A DNA stretch of 64,000 nt from an uncultured Verrucomicrobiae bacterium (GTDB lineage Bacteria > Verrucomicrobiota > Verrucomicrobiia > Chthoniobacterales > Chthoniobacteraceae), in assembly GCA_963769025.1 (NCBI GenBank), contig CAVYKI010000006.1, positions 256,001 through 320,000 on the forward strand, given 5' to 3'. This document shows positions 42,630 through 53,159 of this stretch, one piece after another; position 1 is the stretch's first letter; each line of letters begins with the position of its first letter. The translations under genes and the position numbers were made by a program. Under the pieces are notes generated by a model that saw only the letters and a list, made by a program, of their open reading frames with translations, was not told the origin of the DNA and searched no databases.

Positions 42630-42922
42630 TCCGCGTGGTGCTCCCGTATCACCTCCGCAACCTCGCGCGCGTGAGCGGCGAGGTGAAGGTGGAGGCCGGG
42701 AGCCCGGCGACGCTGCGCACGGTGCTCGACGCGCTGGAGGCGGCTTATCCCACGCTCCGCGGGACGATCCGCGACCACACCACCGGGCAGCGACGCCCGT
42801 TCGTCCGTTTCTTCGCGTGCAAGGAAGACCTCTCGCACGAACCTCCCGACACATCTCTCCCGGACGCCGTCGTCGCAGGCACCGAGCCGTTCCTCATCGT
42901 TGGCGCGATGGCCGGCGGGTAA
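42626..42922 (+). CDS. MoaD/ThiS family ubiquitin-like protein
   Basis: [10 protein letters not shown]...[10 protein letters not shown]...RPFVRFF...GAMAGG with terminal Gly-Gly; ATGA overlap with the BNR gene. Confidence 0.88.
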   Translation: MIRVVLPYHLRNLARVSGEVKVEAGSPATLRTVLDALEAAYPTLRGTIRDHTTGQRRPFVRFFACKEDLSHEPPDTSLPDAVVAGTEPFLIVGAMAGG

Positions 42923-42971
42923 CCGCTCACGCGAGCAGCGGACCCGCAGATTGGGTAGCGAAAACCGGCCG

Positions 42972-43397
42972 CTACTTTCCCGCCGCGATCGGCGCGGGCC
43001 TGTAAACCTTGTGCACGATGATGCCGAGCAACACCGCCTGCACGATGGCCGCGAGCACCCACTTAGCGACCAGTGAGCCCGGCAACGGCTGAACCGCATA
43101 CATCATGAGCTGCCCGCCGCCGCTGAAGACACCCATGCTCGCGGCGAAACCGATGGTGGTTTTCATGCTGCGCCTATCCGCCACGCAGACGGCGAAGATC
43201 ATCGTGAACGCCGCCGCCACGAGAAACTGCGCGAGCAGCGTCCACGGCATCTTTGCCATCATCTCCGCCTCCGGCCTCCACAGCGAAGCCGTCGCCTTGT
43301 AGGTAGTGCCCAGCCATACCGCGTGAACGAGAAAGTCCATCGCCCAGACGGTGACGAACGCGACGACGATGGTGATGAGCAGGCTCTTGGGGTTCAT
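42972..43397 (-). CDS. hypothetical four-TM membrane protein
   Basis: 141 aa with four hydrophobic helices. Confidence 0.75.
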   Translation of the reverse strand: MNPKSLLITIVVAFVTVWAMDFLVHAVWLGTTYKATASLWRPEAEMMAKMPWTLLAQFLVAAAFTMIFAVCVADRRSMKTTIGFAASMGVFSGGGQLMMYAVQPLPGSLVAKWVLAAIVQAVLLGIIVHKVYRPAPIAAGK

Positions 43398-43541
43398 GCC
43401 GCCGCTTTAAGCGGGATGATTCGCACGCGGGCAAGATGCAAAGGCGCGGTGGCTTAAAACCAGTCACTGATCACCCTCCACCAGTCGCAGCCCCGGATGG
43501 AAGAACTGTGTCCGCGCGTTCAAGAGCGCGGCTCCTTGCGG

Positions 43542-45371
43542 CTACGCGACCTCGACGGCCTTTTCGGAACGCTTGCGGGCGTTCGCGTCGAGGACCTTTT
43601 TGCGCAGGCGCAGGCTCTTCGGCGTGACTTCCACGTATTCGTCGGGCGCGATGTATTCGAGCGTGCGTTCGAGGCTGAGCTTGAGCGCGGGCGGGAGGGC
43701 GATGCCCTTGCCGTCGCCCTGCGAACGCATGTTCGTGAGCTTCTTCGCGCGGCAGGGGTTCACGGGCATGTCCTCGTTGCGGCTGTTTTCGCCGACGATC
43801 ATGCCCTCGTAGATTTCCTCCTGCGGATCGATGAAGAGGCGGCCGCGCTGCTGGATCGTGTCGAGCGCGTAGGCCGTGCTGACGCCGGTCTCCATGCTCA
43901 CGAGCACGCCGGTGCCGCGGTTCGGGATTTCGCCCTTGTGCGGGCCGTAGCCGTGGAAGAGCGCGCTGATGATGCCGTGCCCCTTCGTCACATTCACGAG
44001 CACGGTCTCGAAGCCGATGAGCCCGCGCGTGGGGATGATGGAGGTGAGTTCCACGCTGTGCGGGTGATGCTCCATGTGCGTGATCTCGGCCTTGCGACCG
44101 GCGAGGTTCTGCATGATGTCGCCGAGATATTCCTGCGGCATGTCCACGGAGAGTTCCTCATACGGCTCCTGCAGATCGCCCTTTTCATCGCGTTTGAAAA
44201 TCACCTCAGGGCGCGAGACGAGCAGCTCGAAACCTTCGCGCCGCATCTGCTCCACAAGGATCGCGATCTGCATTTCGCCGCGTGCCTTGATTTCAAAATG
44301 ACCGGCGACGTCCGTCTCCGCGACTTGCAGCGAGACGTTGGTGCGCGTCTCACGCAGGAGCCGCTCGCGCACCTGGCGTGCGGTGAGCAGGCTGCCCTCG
44401 CGACCGGCGAGCGGGCCGTCGTTGATGCAAATCTTCATCGTGATCGTGGGCGGATCGATGTCGATGAAGTGCAGCGGCTCGCGCTCCTCGCTGTCCGTGA
44501 GCGTCTCGCCGATGAACACGTCCTCAAAGCCCGCGATGCCGACGATCTCGCCGGCTTCCGCCTCGGGGATTTCAACTTTCTTCATGCCTTCATGGCCGAA
44601 GAGCGCGGTCACTTTCGCCTTGGACGGCTTCGCGTCGGCATGGAGGCAGACGAGCGTGTCGCCGACCTTCACCTTGCCGCTGACGATGCGCCCGTAGGCG
44701 AGACGGCCGAGGTAATCGCTGTAGTCGAGGTTCGCGACGCAGAATTGGAAATACGGCTCGGCGCCGATTTTCGGCGGCGGGATTTTGTCCACGACGGTCT
44801 GGTAAAGCGGCTCCATCGTGTCGCTCTCGTCGGTGAGGTTGATCTTTGCGAAGCCCTGCTTGGCGCTCGCATACACGACAGGAAAGTCGAGCTGCTCATC
44901 GGTCGCGTGCAGTTCGAGGAAAAGCTCGAACACCTGGTCGAGCACCTTGTGCGGCTCGGCGTTCTCGCGGTCGATCTTGTTGATGACGACGATCGGCTTC
45001 GCGCCATTCTCCAGCGCCTTCTTGAGCACGAACTTCGTCTGCGCCTGCGGGCCGTCGTGCGCGTCCACGACGAGCAGCACGCCATCGATCATCTTCATGA
45101 TGCGCTCCACCTCGCCGCCGAAATCGGCGTGGCCGGGAGTGTCCACGATGTTGATGTGGTAGTCCTTCCAGCGGAACGCCGCGTTCTTGGCCTTGATGGT
45201 GATGCCCTTTTCGCGCTCGAGATCCATGGAGTCCATGATGCGCTCCTCGCTCGCCTTGGCTTCGTTTGCGCGGAAGGTGCCGGCCTGCTTGAGCAGGCAG
45301 TCCACGAGAGTGGTTTTGCCATGATCGACGTGTGCGATGATGGCGATGTTGCGGATGTGTTGCTGTGACAT
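43542..45371 (-). CDS. typA: translational GTPase TypA/BipA
   Basis: IAHVDHGKTT, EKGITI, DTPGHADFGGE, NKID, ARGEMQ, EVTPKSLRLRK. Confidence 0.97.
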   Translation of the reverse strand: MSQQHIRNIAIIAHVDHGKTTLVDCLLKQAGTFRANEAKASEERIMDSMDLEREKGITIKAKNAAFRWKDYHINIVDTPGHADFGGEVERIMKMIDGVLLVVDAHDGPQAQTKFVLKKALENGAKPIVVINKIDRENAEPHKVLDQVFELFLELHATDEQLDFPVVYASAKQGFAKINLTDESDTMEPLYQTVVDKIPPPKIGAEPYFQFCVANLDYSDYLGRLAYGRIVSGKVKVGDTLVCLHADAKPSKAKVTALFGHEGMKKVEIPEAEAGEIVGIAGFEDVFIGETLTDSEEREPLHFIDIDPPTITMKICINDGPLAGREGSLLTARQVRERLLRETRTNVSLQVAETDVAGHFEIKARGEMQIAILVEQMRREGFELLVSRPEVIFKRDEKGDLQEPYEELSVDMPQEYLGDIMQNLAGRKAEITHMEHHPHSVELTSIIPTRGLIGFETVLVNVTKGHGIISALFHGYGPHKGEIPNRGTGVLVSMETGVSTAYALDTIQQRGRLFIDPQEEIYEGMIVGENSRNEDMPVNPCRAKKLTNMRSQGDGKGIALPPALKLSLERTLEYIAPDEYVEVTPKSLRLRKKVLDANARKRSEKAVEVA

Positions 45372-45547
45372 GAATTGGTTTCTCCCGGAAAAAAGGGGGC
45401 GGAATATGGCAGTAAATCGCGCGCTGGCAAGGGGCGTGAATGAGTCATTTGCATGACGCCGCGCGACCGGCCATCGGTGGTTGTCGGCCCCAACCGCGCT
45501 CGGATGCCTTCTCTCGCGGCGTGGCGGAAAGCCGCCGCAGGTGCCGG

Positions 45548-46291
45548 CTACTTCTTCGCGGGGTCCACGAAGCTGATTGAGTGAATGATGGCGAGCCCGA
45601 CGCCCTTGGATGAAAGGTCGGCGGGATCCTTGATCTCGCTCAGCTTCGTATCCGCCATGAGGAACGCCATGACGCCGCCGGCCTGCGTGGGGTGCAGGAC
45701 GCCGACGAGTTTCACCGCGTAATGTTCGCCGCTTCCGGGCTGGGTCATGTGGGCGTGGACGCACGCGGCGTCATTGCCGCCGATCTTCGTCGCGTAGGCC
45801 TGGAGGAAGGCGACCTTTTCGTATCCCTTGGTCGCACCGGCGAGGCCTTGGGACTTGAGCAGCGCCGCGCACAGTTTGAGTCGTTCCACGGGCGTGGCCT
45901 GGAGCGGAACGGTGAGATTGGCGAAGCGCAAAATCTCGATGGCCTTTTTGTCCGGCGTGCCGGTCATGAATTTCACGAGCTCCGGTGCGCCCGACTTCTT
46001 CCCGCCGGGCGTGAACAGCACGCCCTTGTCCTTCGGGATCACGACCCGGAACGGCGCGCTGGGCGGCTGGCCCTCGTGCTTCGTGGTGAAGGCCTCATCG
46101 ATCGTCAGGGGCGTGCCCGATACGAAGCCTTTGACATTGAGGCCGGCGGGGCCGCCGACCGAAAAATCACCGACGGACTCTTCCTTGAACGGCAGCGGCG
46201 GCAGCTTCGACAGATCCTCCTGCGCGCCGGACTGCTGGGCAAAGGATGAAATGGCGGCGAGGAGGAGCAGGAGGAAGGATGGAGTTTTCAT
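45548..46291 (-). CDS. secreted hypothetical protein
   Basis: MKTPSFLLLLLAAISSFA signal peptide within the longer ORF. Confidence 0.7.
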   Translation of the reverse strand: MKTPSFLLLLLAAISSFAQQSGAQEDLSKLPPLPFKEESVGDFSVGGPAGLNVKGFVSGTPLTIDEAFTTKHEGQPPSAPFRVVIPKDKGVLFTPGGKKSGAPELVKFMTGTPDKKAIEILRFANLTVPLQATPVERLKLCAALLKSQGLAGATKGYEKVAFLQAYATKIGGNDAACVHAHMTQPGSGEHYAVKLVGVLHPTQAGGVMAFLMADTKLSEIKDPADLSSKGVGLAIIHSISFVDPAKK

Positions 46292-46332
46292 GGGAGAGGG
46301 GAGGCGGGCTGTTTTGGGAGCGGACTGGATCT

Positions 46333-46659
46333 TCATTTTGCCCCGACGGGGATGCCGTCGGCAAATTCCACGGTGAAATCGGGAAACGAATCGACGAGCT
46401 GGATTTTGAAGTTCGGGAACGAATCGACGATCTGCCATTCGCCTGCACCGGGCAGGCTTTTGACGATCTTCACCTTGAGGTCCGGAAAGCTCGTCACCGC
46501 CTTCACCTTGTAGTCTGGGAAGCTTTTCACGAACTGGATTTTGCCGTGCACCTTCGAGGGATCGAGCTTCTCCTTTTTCCGGTCCTTGGCGTGGACGAAC
46601 CCGGCACACGCCCCGAGCGCGGTGAGGATGCCGAGTCTGGTGAAGATGGGATGCTTCAT
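46333..46659 (-). CDS. small secreted protein with (V/I)xSFPD repeats (DUF6150/septoil-knot-like)
   Basis: Signal peptide then VKSFPDYKV, VTSFPDLKV, VKSLPG, VDSFPNFKI, VDSFPDFTV. Confidence 0.7.
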   Translation of the reverse strand: MKHPIFTRLGILTALGACAGFVHAKDRKKEKLDPSKVHGKIQFVKSFPDYKVKAVTSFPDLKVKIVKSLPGAGEWQIVDSFPNFKIQLVDSFPDFTVEFADGIPVGAK

Positions 46660-46777
46660 TGCCGGGGTTGCACGGCGCGTGTGGCCGCGCCGGAGGCGAG
46701 TTGGATTTCCGCAGTTCACATGAGGGTCGCCGGGATATTGCTCGTTGCAATCCGATAAAGCGGGTAGGGAAGCCGGC

Positions 46778-47305
46778 ATGAATCGACTCTCCGAAGGCGC
46801 CCGGAAAGCTGTGACAGAACTGCTGCTCGCCGGAGCGGTGAACGGCTTCTTTTTCGCGCTGCTCGCGCTGGTGCTCTGGCCCATGGGAAAGGCGAGGCTG
46901 TCCGCCCATCTCGCCGGCGGCTTTTGCGTCTTTGCCTTCGTGGTTTGCGTCGTTTTTGTGGCGGGCCTGGTGATCCAGCGCGTCTTCCGGATCGAAGAGG
47001 ATCCGCCTTCCAATCCGTACATCATCCTGAACCTCGTCCTCGGAGCATTCCTGCAACTGGGCTGGGCCGCCTACGCCGCGTCCGCCGTCACCGGTCTCGC
47101 AGCGGGCGCTTCGCTGTGGATTGCCGCCGTGCTGTATGTGGTCGGGATTATCGCGAGCTGGCTCACGACGATGGTGACCGGGGCGCTTTATCAGGGCACT
47201 CTTTATAAGCTGGTCAACGCCCTGCTCTCAGTCGCGGGCTACGTCCTTTTCGCCGTGTGGCCGGGCGCGGGTCGCGCGCTCTTTGGATGGGCTTTCGTCC
47301 ACTGA
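46778..47305 (+). CDS. hypothetical multi-TM membrane protein
   Basis: About five hydrophobic helices. Confidence 0.7.
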   Translation: MNRLSEGARKAVTELLLAGAVNGFFFALLALVLWPMGKARLSAHLAGGFCVFAFVVCVVFVAGLVIQRVFRIEEDPPSNPYIILNLVLGAFLQLGWAAYAASAVTGLAAGASLWIAAVLYVVGIIASWLTTMVTGALYQGTLYKLVNALLSVAGYVLFAVWPGAGRALFGWAFVH

Positions 47306-47326
47306 GCCGAGATGCGGCGTGCGCCC

Positions 47327-47956
47327 TCAGCGCATGTCCAGGATCTTCGCAGTCCGGGGAAAATTGCGCTTCATGTAGCCCGCCGGCTCGAATGGCCAGA
47401 AGGTGTTTCCTTGCGCGAGCGCGGTGCGGAAGTCCGCGCGCATTTGCGCCGGCTTCCCCGTAAAGAACAGCGCCAGCTTTTCGTCGCCCAGCAGGTGCAT
47501 CACGGTCCCGACCATCACCCAATGCGTCTCCGCCGCTGCGCCATCGCCTTGCATTGCAAAGAACGATCGCATCGCCGCCGGTTCGCCTTTCGTCGCGGCG
47601 CGCGCCATCGGGTAGTAGTCCAGCCCCTTGCGCCGCGCATAGAGGTTCACCTCGTCGTCCGGCCCGCCGTCCTTGATGTCCGCCGGCACCGCGTGGAAGC
47701 GCACGCGGCTCGCGTGCATCCAGCCGGTCTTGCCGGAGCCGAGCGTGACCTTCACCCACTCCGCGAATTCCGCGCCGCGATGCTCGAAGGTGAAGACCTC
47801 GCCCGCCTTCACCTTTGCCACGATGGCCGAGTCCGTGGCCGCGCCCGCGCGCACGTTGGTGAAGCCGTCGGGATCGTTGATGACGCCGCGCTCTTCCGCA
47901 CGCGTGGGCTGCATGAGCGCGAGGCCGAGGATGAAAAGCAGGGTTACGTGTTTCAT
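47327..47956 (-). CDS. secreted bacterial SH3-domain protein
   Basis: INDPDGFTNVRAG...WVKV...GWMHASRV. Confidence 0.8.
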   Translation of the reverse strand: MKHVTLLFILGLALMQPTRAEERGVINDPDGFTNVRAGAATDSAIVAKVKAGEVFTFEHRGAEFAEWVKVTLGSGKTGWMHASRVRFHAVPADIKDGGPDDEVNLYARRKGLDYYPMARAATKGEPAAMRSFFAMQGDGAAAETHWVMVGTVMHLLGDEKLALFFTGKPAQMRADFRTALAQGNTFWPFEPAGYMKRNFPRTAKILDMR

Positions 47957-48131
47957 GAGGATCGCTTCGGTCCTTCAAAGGCAAATCCAGACGGCTGACG
48001 AAAGCAATCCGCGGGTCGCGGGCTGCCACCATGGCGCACTACCGGTGCGCATGTTTTCGCGCATGGCTCTCCGCGCACGGGCGGACACATTCGCATTGCG
48101 CGAAATGCCGGGGGGCAAGCACACTCCGCGC

Positions 48132-49634
48132 ATGTCGCCCCTCTCACGCCGCCATTTCCTCGCCACGTCCTCGCTCGCACTCATCGCCGGATCGCTGGCG
48201 AGGGCCGTGGAGCCCTTTGCGCGCACGGGCGCGCCCCGGCTGCGGCTGAGCCTCGCGGCGTATTCGTTCCGCGATTACTTCACCGAAGGGCCCAAGGTGA
48301 AGGCGGGCGCGAACATCCCGGCGGACAAGGCGCTGACGATGGAGAAGTTCATCGACCGCTGCGCGGAATGGCAGGTCGATGGCGCCGAGCTGACGAGCTA
48401 CTGGTTCCCCGCGGACGTGAGCGACACGCGGCTGCTGGCGATCCGCAGGCACGCGTATCTGCGCGGCGTGAGCATCAGCGGCACGGCGGTGGGAAACACC
48501 TTCACGCATCCGGCAGGAGCGGAGCGGGACAAGCAGGTCGCGGACGTGAAGCTGTGGATCGATCGCGCGGCGCTGCTCGGAGCACCGCACATTCGCGTCT
48601 TCGCGGGAGCGATGCAAAAGGGAAGCACGCCTGAGGCCGCGAAGAAGGCGTGCATCGAGCAGCTCGAGGAATGCGGCGAGTACGCGGGAAAGCGCGGCAT
48701 TTTCCTCGGCGTGGAGAATCACGGCGGCATCGTCGCGGAGCCGGAGGCGCTGCTGGAAATCATCCGCGCGGTGAAGAGCCCGTGGGTGGGGATCAACTTT
48801 GACTCGGGAAATTTCCACACCGAGGATCCGTATGCGGACCTCGCGAAGATCGCGCCGTACGCGGTGAATGCGCAGATCAAGACGGAGATGAAGCGAAGCG
48901 GCGCGAAGGAAGCGGAGCGGGCGGACTTTGCAAAGATCGCAGGAATCCTGCGCGCGGCGAATTACCAGGGCTGGGTCGCGCTGGAGTTTGAGGAAAAGAC
49001 GGACCCGTGGGAGCACGTGCCGGTGGTGCTGGCGCAACTGCGCGCGGCGCTGGCCTCCCCGGCGAAGACGGCGGCTGCGGGTGTGGAGTGGACGCCGCTT
49101 TTCGACGGCAAGACGCTCGGGAAATGGAAGGAGACGGACTTTGCCGGACGTGCGGACGTGTCGGTGAAGAACGGCGAGCTCCTGCTGCCACAGGGCGGCG
49201 ACATGACGGGCATCAACCTCGAGGCCGCGCCCGCGAAGATGGACTACGAGGTGGAATTCCAGGCGAAGCGCATCGAGGGCGACGACTTTTTCGGCGCGTT
49301 CACGTTTCCGGTCGGGGAGAAGCACGTGACGTTCATCGCCGGCGGCTGGGGCGGCAGCGTCGTGGGCATCTCGAATGTGAACGGCGAAAACGCGAGCGAG
49401 AACGAGACGACGACGTTCAGGAATTTCAAGAAGGACCAGTGGTACCGCTTCCGCGTTCGGGTGACGAAGGAGAAGGTCGAGGCGTGGGTGGATGCGGATC
49501 AGGTCGTGGACATCGAGACCGACGGGAAGAATCTCGAAATGCGCATCGGCGAGATCGAAAGCTCGAAGCCGTTCGGCTTCGCGACCTGGCGGACCTCGGG
49601 CGCGCTCAAGGACATCCGCTGGCGGAAGCTGTGA
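48132..49634 (+). CDS. Tat-exported fusion of a sugar-phosphate-isomerase-like TIM barrel and DUF1080 (3-keto-disaccharide hydrolase-like)
   Basis: SRRHFL, LAAYSFR, GVENHGG, NFDSGNF, ALEFE; then WTPLFDGKTLGKW...KDIRWRKL. Confidence 0.88.
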   Translation: MSPLSRRHFLATSSLALIAGSLARAVEPFARTGAPRLRLSLAAYSFRDYFTEGPKVKAGANIPADKALTMEKFIDRCAEWQVDGAELTSYWFPADVSDTRLLAIRRHAYLRGVSISGTAVGNTFTHPAGAERDKQVADVKLWIDRAALLGAPHIRVFAGAMQKGSTPEAAKKACIEQLEECGEYAGKRGIFLGVENHGGIVAEPEALLEIIRAVKSPWVGINFDSGNFHTEDPYADLAKIAPYAVNAQIKTEMKRSGAKEAERADFAKIAGILRAANYQGWVALEFEEKTDPWEHVPVVLAQLRAALASPAKTAAAGVEWTPLFDGKTLGKWKETDFAGRADVSVKNGELLLPQGGDMTGINLEAAPAKMDYEVEFQAKRIEGDDFFGAFTFPVGEKHVTFIAGGWGGSVVGISNVNGENASENETTTFRNFKKDQWYRFRVRVTKEKVEAWVDADQVVDIETDGKNLEMRIGEIESSKPFGFATWRTSGALKDIRWRKL

Positions 49635-49732
49635 TGGAGCTGGATAAGCCTCGGCGCACGTCATCCCACGATGTGCAGCATCAACGCCGTGCTTTCGGGC
49701 TGGGTCGGGGCGTTTCGGCCGCCGGGTTGGGT

Positions 49733-52700
49733 TCAATGCGCGCCGCTGCGGCGACGCCGACCTAGCATCAAGCCGCCGCCAATCGCGAGCAGGAGAATGC
49801 TGCCGGGCTCGGGAACGATTTCTCCCCGCAGATTGAGCTGGATGACATTCTGGCCAGTGCTGGTGCTGGCATTGGTGGAGGTCGGATTCAGGGTGAGCGA
49901 ATCGGTGTATGTCCCGAAGGCCATCGCGCTGTCGAAGCTGACACCGGTGCCGTGGCTGCTGCCGGAGGTCGTGCCGCTGAAGGGGACGAAACCGGTGAGC
50001 GAAAAGTTTGTTACCGTCCCCGTGCTGAATGTGCCGCCGAGCGTGTCCTGAAAGGTGGCGTCGTGTAGGAAATTGAGCACCCCGAGGGAAGCGGAGAATA
50101 TGCCGGTATTCTGAACGACCTGGCCGAAATCGAGTGTGAACGTAGTGGCATCATTTTGCGAAACGATGCCGGAACCCAAGGAGAGGACGAACCGGGGGTC
50201 CGCGAAGAAATTCACCTGGCCTTGCATGTTCACGGTCTGGGACGACAGGGCTGTCGTGCCAAGACCACTGGTGCCTGCGCCGTTCGATGCCAGCGCGATG
50301 GTCGCGGTGCCGGTCTTGCTGCCCGCACTCGCGGTATTCACGCCCACGCTGAGGCTGGAATTGTTGGTGCCTTGCGCATTGAGCAGGCTGAACGAACCCG
50401 CCGCCGTCGCGTCGCCCGTGGTGGCGCTGAAGCTGGCATCAAGTTTTTCGGAGAAAGCGTCGTTGGTCGCGGTGTTCGTGAGGGCGAGCGCCTGCGACGG
50501 CGTCTCCCCGATGTGAACCACGCCGAAGTTCACGGGCTCCGGGGTGTGTGCGCTGGCGGCGGCGAGGCGGAAGACGGCGCCGTTCACGTTCACCGTCTGC
50601 GCAGTCAGCGCGGTCGTGCCGAGGCCGCTGGTGCCGGTGCCGTCGCTCGTCAGGGAGATGGTGGCGGTGCCGTTCTTGCTGCCCGCGGAAGCGGTGGAGA
50701 TGTCCACACCCAGGCTGGTGCTGTTGGTCGCCCCCGCCGCGAGGAGATTGAAAGTCCCGCTGTTGGTGGTGACGCCGCCGGTCGCGGACCCGATGGATGC
50801 GTTGAGGAACTCAGAGAAGCCGTCTGCGGGCACATTGTTCGTGATGCTCAGCAACTGGGAAGGCGCGGTGTCTCCGACGTGGAAGTTGCCAAAGTTGATC
50901 GGCTCCGGCGTGTGTGCGGTGGGATTCGCGAAACGAAAAGCCGCGCCACTGACGACGACATTCACACCGGCGACATTGTCGAAATTCGACTCGATGTGCA
51001 CCTGCTGGCCGGTCAGAGCTCCAGCCGTGTTTGCGGTGAACGTGACTCCGAGCGAGGCGCTGCTCGCGCCGGAAACGATGGGCAGGAGGTTCGAGGCCGT
51101 GACGCCGGCACCGCTCAGGCGGGCATCCGTGATGTTGCCACCATTGGCCGCCGTCTGGATCACAGCGCGCAACTGCGGATTGGTGCCGGCGATGCCGTTA
51201 TGATCGACCGTAAAGCCGAGGCTCGGGGTGTCGCCGACATGCACATTGCCAAAGGCGAGGGAGCCCGTGGTCGAGAGCATGAAGGGAAGGCCGGCGAGGA
51301 TCTGCCCGGCACCGGCGACATTCGCGCGTTTGTCGAAGGCATTGCCGACTCCGAAGGAGGCATTGGTGTAGTCGGCGGTTACGGTGAAGTTGTTTGCGCC
51401 GAGATTCAGACTGCCGGACGTGGTGCCATTGTGGATGAGGAAATCGGCACTGCTGCCCGACGCGCCCGCGCTGAGGTCAAGCGTGCTGCCGGGATTGATT
51501 TGCACCGTTCCGCTGCCGCCTTGGATGCCGTTGGCAAAGGCGAGGATGCCGCCGCTGGATGCGATGAGGCCGTGGTTGGTCGGGCGCGGCGTGATACTGC
51601 CGAAGCCGGTGATGGAACTGCCCGCGCGGTTGATCAGCGAGAGGGAATTGAACGTGCCGCCGCCGAGTTGGAGCGCCGCGGTGTCGCCCGGGGTCAGGCC
51701 GTTCACGAAGGGATTGGCCGTGGTGTAGTTGCGATTGCCCAGTATTTTCACCGTGCCGTTGTTGGTGAGGAGGCTCGAGTTCAAGCGACGTGGCCACGCT
51801 TTGGAAATCTGAGCCCGCGCCGTTGAGTTCCACCGTCGTGTTGGAGGCAATCTGGGTGACCGCAATTCCGCGGATGGTCATCGTCGCACCTCCGCCGGTC
51901 GCGACGGCGCGATAGGTGCCGCCCGTGAGGATGCCCGCGACATTGTTCGTGAGCACGGCGGAGGCATCCATCGTGAGCGCGCTGCCATTGAGCACTTCGA
52001 AGGTCCCGCTGTTTGTGAAGTCGCCACTGCCATTGCCCGTGAGCAGGAGGATGCCCCCGTTGCTGGCGCGCGAGATGCCTTCGTTGACGAAGGCGGTGGC
52101 CACGTTGCCGGGATCGACGGTCAGCGTGCGGCCCGAGATGTTGGCGTCGATCGTTCCCTGGTTGGTGACGGAAGAAAAGTTGAGCCCGATATTGCCCTCG
52201 CCTTGGATGGTGTTGTTCACGTTCGTGAGCCGGAAGGTACCGGTCACCCGGGCGTTGCTGTTCGCATCGAGACTCGCGAGGAAGACCGCGCCGCCGCCGG
52301 TCAGGCTCGTATCGGCGGTCAGGGCGAGAACGGTGTTGTTGACGGTGGCATTGAGCCTGATCGTGCCGCTGTTGTTGATCGCCCCGGCGATGTTGGTGAT
52401 GCTGGAGTTGTCACCGATGAAGCTCCCGGTGTTGGTCACGTCGGTGAGGCTCGCCGTCTGGCCGGCCAGGTTGCGGATGATGCCACCGCCACTGGTGCTC
52501 AACACGGTGTCCGACAACGCCACAGTGCCGCTCAGCCGCACCTCGGAACTGGCACCCACCGCGCTGACGGCGCTGCCATTCGTGCTGCTGAAGGCGCCGC
52601 CGCCGTTGCCCGTGAGCAGGAGGATGCCTCCGTTGCTGGCGCGCAGGATGCCTTCGTTGACGAAGGCACTGGCCACGTTGCCGGGATCGACGGTCAGCGT

Positions 52701-53159
52701 CCGGCCATTGATGTTGGCGTCAATCGTCCCCTGGTTGGTAAAGGAAGAAAAGTTCGCCCCAAGATTGCCCTCGCCTTGGATGGTGTTGTTCACGTTCGTG
52801 AGCCGGAAGAAGCCGGTCACCCGGGCGTTGCTGCTCGTATCGAGACTCGCGAGGAAGACCGCTCCGCCGCCGGTCAAGGCCGTGTCGGCGGTCAAGGCGA
52901 GAAGGGTGTTGTTGACGGTGGCCTCGAGCCTGATCGTCCCGCTGTTGTTGATCGCGCCGGCGATGTTGGTGGTGCTGGCGTTGTTGCCGATGAAGCTCCC
53001 GGTGTTGGTCACGTCGGTGAGGCTCGCCGTCTGGCCGTTCAGGTTGCGGATGAAGCCGCCGCTGGTGCTCAACACGGTGTCCGCCAGCGTGACGCTGCCG
53101 CTCAGCTGCACCTCGGAACCGGCACCCACCGCGCTGACGGCGCTGCAGGTGAGGTTTGT
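49733..53159 (-). pseudogene. large PEP-CTERM surface protein with beta-helix and choice-of-anchor-D-like repeats, 5'-truncated by IS5 (frameshift near 51780)
   Basis: C-terminus VPEPGSILLLAIGGGLMLGRRRR; HTPEP.NFG..H.G repeats. The reading frame runs into the IS end at 53160 with no start codon or signal peptide. Confidence 0.8.
52030..53146 (-). repeat. two tandem copies of a ~570-bp (~190-aa) repeat
   Basis: GCGCTGACGGCGCTGC at 52561 and 53131; GAGCAGGAGGATGCC at 52041 and 52614. Confidence 0.85.
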
